DNA of 34,976 nt, from positions 1 to 34,976 of the forward strand of contig CALVKW010000002.1 in assembly GCA_944333345.1 (NCBI GenBank), in the 5' to 3' direction. The notes under the pieces were generated by a model. That model saw only the letters and a list, made by a program, of their open reading frames with translations, was not told where the DNA came from and did no database searches. This document shows, piece by piece, positions 25,347 to 31,973 of the stretch. A program made the translations under genes and the position numbers. Each line of letters starts with the position of its first letter. Positions within the stretch are counted from its first letter, which is position 1. This stretch comes from an uncultured Bacilli bacterium (GTDB taxonomy: Bacteria; Bacillota_I; Bacilli_A; RF39; UBA660).

Positions 25347-26813
25347 ATGAACGAGAATATTTTTGATAAATTAGATTTCGGTCCTTTACGACCATTGTTA
25401 GATAACGATGATATAACTGATGTTTCTTTTGATAATAATGGTCAAATCTGGGTTCGTTCTTTAACTCAAGGTTCTTTGCGTGTTGAAGTTCAAGGGCTTA
25501 CTCCTGAATTTGTAGAGAAACTTGCTTTTCAATGTTCTAATGTTATGGGAACTACATTCAATAATGCCAAACCGTTTTTGGATGCTGAATCTGCTGAGTT
25601 GCGTTTGAACTTTGTTCATCCTTCGATTGCCACTAATGGGATTGCGATGGTTATTCGTAAAACTCCGGCAAAGATTAGACTTGAGAAGGATAAGTTGTTG
25701 AAGGATGATTACTTTACTCAAGATATTCATGATATTTTAATTAAATGTGTTGAGGGTCACTGTAACATTATCGTTTGTGGAGAGACTGGTTCTGGTAAAA
25801 CGGAATTTGTTAAATATCTTGCTAGTCATACTCGTACAGATGAAAAGATTATTACTATTGAAGATACTTTGGAATTACATTTGGATCGTATCTTTCCTCA
25901 ACGTGATATTGTGGTAATGAAGACGAATAATGTAGCTAGTTATACGGATGTTTTAGTTACTTGTATGCGTCAGAATCCTAAATGGATATTGTTATCTGAA
26001 GTTCGTAGTGCAGAGGCTGTTTCTGCAGTGCGTAATTCTATTTCATCGGGACATAATATTTTGTCTACTATTCATGCTGATAAAGCATCGGCTATTCCTT
26101 ATCGTATGTATAGTTTGATGGAAACCGATTTGGATGTTAATCAGTTCTTGAACACAATTTATCGTTATATTCAGTTAGGAGTTCATATTAAAGCCTATTA
26201 TAGTAAAGAAAAAGGTAAGTTCCACCGTGAAGTGGATGAAGTGTGTGAATTTTATGTAGATGAGAATAACAAACCACAATGTCGTATTATTTATCAGAAA
26301 TTATTCGGACAAGAACCTGTATTGAGAAAACCTAGTCCACACTTAATTGAATACTTAGAAAATCAAAATATTGATATTAGTGCTATTACTGAACATTTGA
26401 GTGATGATTTACCGTTTCATGATGATTTAGAAAGGGAAGAATATATGGAAGAACATAAGGATGGTGATGATGCAGGTGAAGGTAGTACTACAACAACTGC
26501 TCCTGTTACTTCGATTCTTTCCAATGATGTAGCACTAGCTACTGATTCAACGATTGCTACAACATCGCCTGGAGTTGAAGCCGTTGTACAACAGACAGTT
26601 ACAACACCGGTTGTTAGTCCTGTTAGTCAGCAAGCTGTTGCAACTGTTCCTGCTAATATGGTTGATCCTGATGCTGTTGCTAATGAAGTAAATGTCGCTA
26701 CCGTTGATTCGAATGTTCTTCCTACGGTTGGAGTGTCTAATAACAATGTTACGGTTAACTCAACACCAATTTCTCCATCTGTTGATTTTACTTCTTTAGA
26801 TAATTTAGAATAG
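25347..26813 (+). CDS. tadA: TadA/CpaF-type secretion ATPase (T2SS-E/VirB11 superfamily) with a ~115-aa T/S/V/A/P-rich C-terminal tail
   Basis: Walker A 'CGETGSGKT' (25776-25802), Asp box 'IITIEDTLEL', Walker B 'WILLSEVR' and His box 'SGHNILSTIHAD'. It is followed by two platform-protein genes. The tail 'GEGSTTTTAPVTS...VTVNSTPISPS' runs from ~26460. Confidence 0.9.
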   Translation: MNENIFDKLDFGPLRPLLDNDDITDVSFDNNGQIWVRSLTQGSLRVEVQGLTPEFVEKLAFQCSNVMGTTFNNAKPFLDAESAELRLNFVHPSIATNGIAMVIRKTPAKIRLEKDKLLKDDYFTQDIHDILIKCVEGHCNIIVCGETGSGKTEFVKYLASHTRTDEKIITIEDTLELHLDRIFPQRDIVVMKTNNVASYTDVLVTCMRQNPKWILLSEVRSAEAVSAVRNSISSGHNILSTIHADKASAIPYRMYSLMETDLDVNQFLNTIYRYIQLGVHIKAYYSKEKGKFHREVDEVCEFYVDENNKPQCRIIYQKLFGQEPVLRKPSPHLIEYLENQNIDISAITEHLSDDLPFHDDLEREEYMEEHKDGDDAGEGSTTTTAPVTSILSNDVALATDSTIATTSPGVEAVVQQTVTTPVVSPVSQQAVATVPANMVDPDAVANEVNVATVDSNVLPTVGVSNNNVTVNSTPISPSVDFTSLDNLE

Positions 26814-26827
26814 AGAGGAGTGAATTT

Positions 26828-27730
26828 ATGTATTTAGAAGAATTAATTTTTCTAATTGTATTAGTTATTGTTATTGTCCTTTATCGTAATTATAAAGGAC
26901 AAAATGTAAGAAAATTTATTACTAGCCAAGTACAAAGTGTTTATGATAAATTTGCTCCTTATTCTTTTAAAGTTGTACGTGAAAAGACGAAAGAGTTAGG
27001 TCAAGAATATACACCTAGGCAATATACAATCCAAGTTGTTGTTATGGGAGCTTTTGCTGGTGTTGTTAGTTATTTATATTTCTATAATTTATTTGTTTCC
27101 TTGATTTATATGATTGTTGTTGTTATGTTTATTCCGTACTTATCGTATTTACGATGTAAAAGAGTATATAGTGAATTTATATTTGAACAAATTCAGGTAT
27201 ATACCTCTAATACTATTATGGAATTTGCGACGACTCAATCTTTTGTTAAAGCATTAGAGGGGGTTCGTAATTCTGGTATTTTGGAGGATCCTGTTAAAAG
27301 TGATGTTGATCATATGATTGAACTTGCTTATCAGAATGGTAGTATTGATGAGTCTTTAACTTATATGGCACAGTTATATCCATATTATATAGTAAAAAAT
27401 ATGCATCAACTTTTTTTACAAATTACTAAAGAAGGTGCAAGAAACTCTATGGAATCTTTGGATAATATGCAACTTGATATCGATATGTTAGTTGAAAGTG
27501 TTTATCGAGATCGAATTGAAAGGGCATCTTTCCATCGATCATTTTTACAATTTGGTATTATGCTTTATTTAATGGTTATGTTAGTGCAATATTTGTTAGG
27601 GCGAGAAACTTATTTGATTATGCTGGATCGATGGTATGTCAAAGTTTTACTACATGGGGTTTTGATTATTAATACTTATTTCTTATTAAAAGGCGAAAAA
27701 TATTATAATGAGAATGTAGGTGCTGAATAA
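26828..27730 (+). CDS. TadB/TadC-family (T2SS-F-like) pilus platform membrane protein
   Basis: 300 aa. N-terminal TM, a second hydrophobic block, a ~130-aa cytoplasmic helical domain ('FEQIQVYTSNTIMEFATTQSFVKALEGV...') and C-terminal TM helices. The architecture and the position after tadA fit TadB. Confidence 0.65.
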   Translation: MYLEELIFLIVLVIVIVLYRNYKGQNVRKFITSQVQSVYDKFAPYSFKVVREKTKELGQEYTPRQYTIQVVVMGAFAGVVSYLYFYNLFVSLIYMIVVVMFIPYLSYLRCKRVYSEFIFEQIQVYTSNTIMEFATTQSFVKALEGVRNSGILEDPVKSDVDHMIELAYQNGSIDESLTYMAQLYPYYIVKNMHQLFLQITKEGARNSMESLDNMQLDIDMLVESVYRDRIERASFHRSFLQFGIMLYLMVMLVQYLLGRETYLIMLDRWYVKVLLHGVLIINTYFLLKGEKYYNENVGAE

Positions 27731-28515
27731 TGGTAGAGATTATTGTAGTTGGTGCTATTATTATATTTATTTTGATATATAATAATACAATTGATAAGAA
27801 TAAGTTTATCGCGGATAATGAAAAATATTTTGATATTTTACGGGAAGATGACTATAATTTTTTAGTTTATGCTAAATATGGTGAAGATGTGGATCCTAAT
27901 CAGTTATTTCGGAAAAGGATATTTTATGCCATTATTGTTGGAATTATTTTCTTATTTGTCTTTTTAAATCAATTATCATTTTTAAATGTTGTCTTTTGTG
28001 TCGTTGTGGCAGTTTTAATATTTAAGATGCCATACATGCAACTAAAATCATTTTATAAAGCACATTTGCATGATATTGATGTTATGTTGCCATACTATTT
28101 AAAGAGTTTGGAAATTTTGATTCAACATTATACGGTTCCAGTGGCTTTGGGAAAATCTATTGATGATGCTCCTGATATTTTTAAACCAGGCTTACGTAAG
28201 CTTATTGAACGTATTAATTCTGGAGATTCTACTATTGATCCTTATATGGAATTTGCCAATACTTATCCTGTAAGGGATTCTATGCGTATGATGCGTTTAT
28301 TATATCGTTTGGGACTTGGTTCTCAGGAGAGAAAGCAAGAGAGATTAATGATGTTTTCTAGAACGGTTTCTAATTTGCAGAATAAAGCCAGAGAAACAAA
28401 ATATAAAGAACGTCTTAATCATATGGAAAGTCAGACTATGGTAATGCTTGTAGTTACTGGTGCTGGAACGATGGTAGTTATTTTGATTTCTATGATGATG
28501 ATGTTCAATATGTAA
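27730..28515 (+). CDS. TadB/TadC-family (T2SS-F-like) pilus platform membrane protein, second paralogue
   Basis: 261 aa with the same TM/helical-domain/TM layout ('DIDVMLPYYLKSLEILIQHYTVPVALGKSIDDAP...'). 1-nt TAATG overlap with the preceding gene. Confidence 0.65.
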   Translation: MVEIIVVGAIIIFILIYNNTIDKNKFIADNEKYFDILREDDYNFLVYAKYGEDVDPNQLFRKRIFYAIIVGIIFLFVFLNQLSFLNVVFCVVVAVLIFKMPYMQLKSFYKAHLHDIDVMLPYYLKSLEILIQHYTVPVALGKSIDDAPDIFKPGLRKLIERINSGDSTIDPYMEFANTYPVRDSMRMMRLLYRLGLGSQERKQERLMMFSRTVSNLQNKARETKYKERLNHMESQTMVMLVVTGAGTMVVILISMMMMFNM

Positions 28516-28531
28516 AAAAAAATAAAATATA

Positions 28532-28560
28532 TTGTTAAAAAAAAATTATCTTGTTATAAT
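28532..28560 (+). promoter_or_regulatory. Strong SigA-type promoter in front of the flp-like pilin gene
   Basis: TTGTTA (28532-28537), 17-nt spacer AAAAAAAATTATCTTGT, TATAAT (28555-28560) with an extended -10 TG (28552-28553). Confidence 0.6.
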
Positions 28561-28615
28561 ATATATAGTATATGATATTGATATATACAATAGGAAAGGA
28601 TGTGTATGTTTTTAA

Positions 28616-28798
28616 ATGAAAGCAGCAACAGGTGAATTAAACTTAACAGTTATTACTCTTATTGCCATTGCAGCAGTAATTGGATTTTTCTGGATTATGT
28701 GGCCTAATATTCAAAAGGCAATTAATAGTCAATGGAATAATATTTCTGGTACAGAAGGTCCTAGCGCAGGAGTTATTATTGTTGATTATAATAAATAA
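28616..28798 (+). CDS. flp: Flp-size (60 aa) type IVc-like pilin
   Basis: 'MKAATG/ELNLTVITLIAIAAVIGFFWIMW': a short basic leader, Gly, then a ~22-aa hydrophobic helix and a short tail. The size, its position after tadC and its own promoter fit a major Flp pilin. The canonical G/xxxxEY motif is absent. Confidence 0.6.
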   Translation: MKAATGELNLTVITLIAIAAVIGFFWIMWPNIQKAINSQWNNISGTEGPSAGVIIVDYNK

Positions 28799-28817
28799 AA
28801 GAGAGGTGTAGAAGAAG

Positions 28818-29261
28818 ATGCGGGATGCTTTTGGTGGAGTTGTCAATTTAGCAATGATTGTAGTGTTCTTGGTTTTGGTTTGTGGCTATTTGGCATTTAA
28901 TGTTAATTATACGAAAGCATTCCGTGTTAAAAACTACATCATTACATCAATTGAACAGTATGAAGGTAATTGTGATGAAGGAACAACTTGTTATCAAAAG
29001 ATTAGTGATTATATTAATCGCATAGGTTATAACGCTCCAGATTTTACTATGGATGATCCTGACTATAAGTGTATGCATGGTTATTGTTATAAGCAATTTG
29101 ATGCTTCTAACGAAGCTGGTGTGTCTGAAGGAGAAAAACAAGTGTATTATCGAGTTGTTACTCAAATTAACATTGATATTCCAATTATTAATAGAATTAT
29201 GCCGGGTTTAAGAATTTTTCAAGTTTCTGGTAATACGAAGTTAATTACACTGTTTAATTAG
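28818..29261 (+). CDS. TadE-like pseudopilin (minor pilin)
   Basis: 147 aa. 'MRDAFGG/VVNLAMIVVFLVLVCGYLAF' has the same G-x-[LV]-N-L-x-x-I start as the flp-like product. It is followed by a globular part with 4 Cys, and sits immediately after flp. Confidence 0.5.
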   Translation: MRDAFGGVVNLAMIVVFLVLVCGYLAFNVNYTKAFRVKNYIITSIEQYEGNCDEGTTCYQKISDYINRIGYNAPDFTMDDPDYKCMHGYCYKQFDASNEAGVSEGEKQVYYRVVTQINIDIPIINRIMPGLRIFQVSGNTKLITLFN

Positions 29262-29275
29262 GATAGGGTGATTAC

Positions 29276-30256
29276 ATGAATGTTATTGTTAGTAATGTAC
29301 AACGAAATATTTTATCTGGGTTGGACGTTGATGTTATTAAAAGTATTTCTGGAGAATATGATGCTAATGAATTGGTGGAAATGTTTAAAAACTTTTTTTA
29401 TAATAAAATGATTTTAGATGTTACTGCTATTAAAGATTTTCATAATATAAAGAATTTTCAGACTATTGCCATGGGATTAGATGTTGAAAAGATAGTATTC
29501 TTTTTGCCAGAGGGAACAGATGTTTGCACCTCAGCTTTTTTATCTAAATTAGTTTCTATGGGAATTTATAATTTTACTACTAATGTCGAAGGTGTTAAAT
29601 ATTTGCTGGAGCATCCAAATACTTATAAACAGGTTGCTCATATTCAACAGTTAAATGATGTTTCTAATACTGTTGCTCATAAAGTGGAAAATGGTGCGAA
29701 GATAATTGGTGTTAGAAATGTTACGGAGCATGCTGGAGCAACTACATTTATTTATATTTTGAAGAAAGAATTGAAGGTTCATTTTGGCGATAGTATTATT
29801 GCTTTAGAGATTAACCGAAGTGATTTTCAATATTTCGGTGATAAGAATATGGTGTCTATTACCGCAGATCAAATTCATACTTATTTGACAAGATTTGCGG
29901 GTGCTACCGTAGTCTTAATTGATTTGAATGATTGCCCTGATGATTCTTTTTGCGATGATGTGTTGTATTTATTGGAACCATCTACTATTAAATTAAATAG
30001 ATTAATGAGAAGAAACCATATGATTTTTTCTAAGCTTCAACAAAAAAAGATAGTTTTGAACAAAAGTTTATTAACAAATAAAGATATCACAGATTTCGAA
30101 TATGAAGCAAAGGCTAAAGTATTTTATAATATGCCTCCTTTAGATGAACGTAAAAAAAATCCTATTTTTGATGATTTCTTATCTAGATTAGGATTGATTC
30201 AATCTAAGGAAGAAAAGAAAGAAACTGGTAAAATATTTGGTTTATTTAGAAGATGA
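29276..30256 (+). CDS. TadZ/CpaE-like protein: receiver-like N-domain plus ParA/MinD-like domain with a degenerate Walker A
   Basis: 'KIIGVRNVTEHAGATTFIYILKKEL...IIALEINRSD...TVVLIDLND' is collinear with the '..G.KGGvGaTT.a.nLA...v.lvDlD' region of CpaE/TadZ, but the KGG lysine is missing. The N-terminal ~125 aa has a flavodoxin-like alternating pattern. Confidence 0.45.
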   Translation: MNVIVSNVQRNILSGLDVDVIKSISGEYDANELVEMFKNFFYNKMILDVTAIKDFHNIKNFQTIAMGLDVEKIVFFLPEGTDVCTSAFLSKLVSMGIYNFTTNVEGVKYLLEHPNTYKQVAHIQQLNDVSNTVAHKVENGAKIIGVRNVTEHAGATTFIYILKKELKVHFGDSIIALEINRSDFQYFGDKNMVSITADQIHTYLTRFAGATVVLIDLNDCPDDSFCDDVLYLLEPSTIKLNRLMRRNHMIFSKLQQKKIVLNKSLLTNKDITDFEYEAKAKVFYNMPPLDERKKNPIFDDFLSRLGLIQSKEEKKETGKIFGLFRR

Positions 30257-30258
30257 TG

Positions 30259-30287
30259 TTGACAAAAAAAAAATTATACGTTAATAT
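30259..30287 (+). promoter_or_regulatory. Consensus SigA-type promoter in front of the T4SS-like module
   Basis: TTGACA (30259-30264), 17-nt spacer AAAAAAAAATTATACGT, TAATAT (30282-30287). Confidence 0.65.
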
Positions 30288-30314
30288 ATATGTGATGTCG
30301 AAGGAGAGTTGTTT

Positions 30315-30674
30315 ATGTTAGATTTATTTCAAATTGGAGACGTAGGAGAAGGAACTATCGATGAAAACTGTGGTGGTTTAGCACCTGTTGTCAAAATTGT
30401 TAAATTTGGAGTTTTCCCTATTGTTCAAATTGGTATTCCAATTTTATTAATTGTATATGGGACTATCGATTTAGGTAAAGCCGTTATTTCAAGTGATGAA
30501 AAAGAAGTCAAGCAAGCGCAAAGTCGTTTGATTAAAAGATGTATTTATGCAGCAGCTATCTTCTTTATTACTACAATTGTTACATTAATCATGACTTTGG
30601 TTGGTACTGGAGCAGATCCTACAGAAACTGATACTAATAGTTGGGCAAACTGCTGGAATACTCTTGAAAGATAA
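30315..30674 (+). CDS. Small 2-TM hairpin protein, VirB2/TrbC-like (pilin-like conjugal transfer protein) candidate
   Basis: ATG 30315 (RBS AAGGAGAG 6 nt upstream) is preferred over TTG 30309. Two TM helices ('FPIVQIGIPILLIVYGTIDLG', 'CIYAAAIFFITTIVTLIMTLVG') flank 'SSDEKEVKQAQSR'. It is the first gene before VirB6/VirB3/VirB4-like genes. Confidence 0.5.
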   Translation: MLDLFQIGDVGEGTIDENCGGLAPVVKIVKFGVFPIVQIGIPILLIVYGTIDLGKAVISSDEKEVKQAQSRLIKRCIYAAAIFFITTIVTLIMTLVGTGADPTETDTNSWANCWNTLER

Positions 30675-30680
30675 TTTACA

Positions 30681-30707
30681 TAGCAAAATAATTGCTATTT
30701 TTTTTTT
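30681..30707 (+). terminator. Weak hairpin + T10 run after the VirB2-like gene (possible partial terminator)
   Basis: TAGCAA (30681-30686) / TTGCTA (30692-30697), 5-nt loop, T-run 30698-30707. The stem has only 6-7 bp and 2 GC pairs. Confidence 0.3.
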
Positions 30708-30720
30708 ATTCTGTTATACT
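30692..30720 (+). promoter_or_regulatory. Possible internal promoter overlapping the hairpin
   Basis: TTGCTA (30692-30697), 17-nt spacer, TATACT (30715-30720) with TG at 30712-30713. Confidence 0.4.
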
Positions 30721-30754
30721 TATTCTGTATAAATGTTTATATGGAGTGGTGACA

Positions 30755-31957
30755 GTGAAACATTTTAAGTTTTCTTTATTTATTTTTGTCTTTGGAATTG
30801 TGCTTTTTATTCCATATAATACAAATGCTTTGGGAAACAAAGTAGTAAATTGTAACTATCAATTTACGAATCAAAATGATCAAGATATTGAATTGACTTA
30901 TGAAGTTTATTCTGATGGAAGTGTTTCTCTTCCTTTTGCAGATGCTTCTAGTTATGTTAATGATGGACGCACTTGGTATCATAGTGATGGTTTTTCTAAT
31001 ACATTTTATAATATTGCAAAATTAAATTCTTCTACCATTACTTGTCCATCTATTTATGTGCAAGAGGATGATTCTTCTGTGACAATATATCCTAACCCGC
31101 TTTATAAGGATTCTTGTACTGGAAAGTGTTATAATATTAGCGCTGCTACACCTAAACTTTCTAGTTGGGCAACAGATACAGGGATTGAAGCGAAAAGGGT
31201 AATCTCTACTTGTACAGGTTCTAGTATGGGATTTTATAATAGACAAAGTTATATCTTTCCTTATTTTAGAATGTTTTCTGATGGTACAAAAGAGTGGTCT
31301 ATTGATGGGAATACTTATGTTCCGGTAACGGATGCTATTACTGGTAGGATTAATGCTAGCGAAACTTTTTCTATTACGGTTAACGATTCTTTATTAAATT
31401 CTATTTATAGTTCTTCTAGACCATCTTGTCCTACTAGGATTTATCGTTGCGTTACGGAAACCGAGAATGGCTATTCTTATGAGTTGTCTACTTCCCCAAA
31501 TCAATGCTCTGGGGATGAGTTGAGTACTAATGATAGTCAAGAGTATGGTTCTAACTACTATAATGCGGCTTATGGTGATCCAGGTGATGGAAGTGCTAGT
31601 AGCGAGGATGGATCTGTTAGTATTGATGATTTGAGAGAAGAATTAGAAGTTTATAATCAAGATGCCGATTGTAATTCTATTTTGGGAAGTACGGAGGATG
31701 AAAATTCCGTTGCGTGGTTGTTGCAGCAATTATTAAACTATATAAAGATATTAGGACCGATGTTAGTGGTTATTTTAAGTAGTATGGATTTTGCGAAAGC
31801 AATTATAGCTAGTGATGATGAAAATATGAAAAAGGCTGAAAAGAAATTGATGATTCGTTTGGTATTGGCTGTTGCTTTATTCTTAATTCCTACATTAGTT
31901 AGTGTTTTATTAAATGTTTTCGGAATTACAACTAATCAGATATGTGGTTTACAGTAA
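30755..31957 (+). CDS. Secreted Cys-rich protein with a C-terminal VirB2-like 2-TM hairpin module
   Basis: GTG 30755 (RBS GGAG 8 nt upstream) gives a clean signal peptide 'KHFKFSLFIFVFGIVLFIPYNTNA/LG'. The track start TTG 30692 lies inside the terminator. I count 10 Cys by hand. The last ~96 aa (31667-31954) align without gaps to the 30315 product. Confidence 0.65.
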   Translation: MKHFKFSLFIFVFGIVLFIPYNTNALGNKVVNCNYQFTNQNDQDIELTYEVYSDGSVSLPFADASSYVNDGRTWYHSDGFSNTFYNIAKLNSSTITCPSIYVQEDDSSVTIYPNPLYKDSCTGKCYNISAATPKLSSWATDTGIEAKRVISTCTGSSMGFYNRQSYIFPYFRMFSDGTKEWSIDGNTYVPVTDAITGRINASETFSITVNDSLLNSIYSSSRPSCPTRIYRCVTETENGYSYELSTSPNQCSGDELSTNDSQEYGSNYYNAAYGDPGDGSASSEDGSVSIDDLREELEVYNQDADCNSILGSTEDENSVAWLLQQLLNYIKILGPMLVVILSSMDFAKAIIASDDENMKKAEKKLMIRLVLAVALFLIPTLVSVLLNVFGITTNQICGLQ

Positions 31958-31973
31958 AGGTAGGTGATAATTA

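Noticed and set aside
25347-26813. Calling the ATPase a VirB11 homologue belonging to the T4SS half rather than TadA.
   Set aside because: The motifs cannot discriminate between the two by eye. However, the gene is bracketed by a CpaB-like gene and two T2SS-F-type platform genes and is followed by Flp/TadE-like genes, which is the Tad arrangement. It is also separated from the T4SS-like genes by 3.5 kb and two promoters.
31883-31897. 'LIPTL' near the C-terminus of the 30755 product as a possible LPxTG-like sortase signal.
   Set aside because: It lies inside the second TM helix of the hairpin module, and the equivalent position reads 'FVPFL' or 'FITTI' in the paralogous modules. It lacks the T-G pair and a following basic tail.
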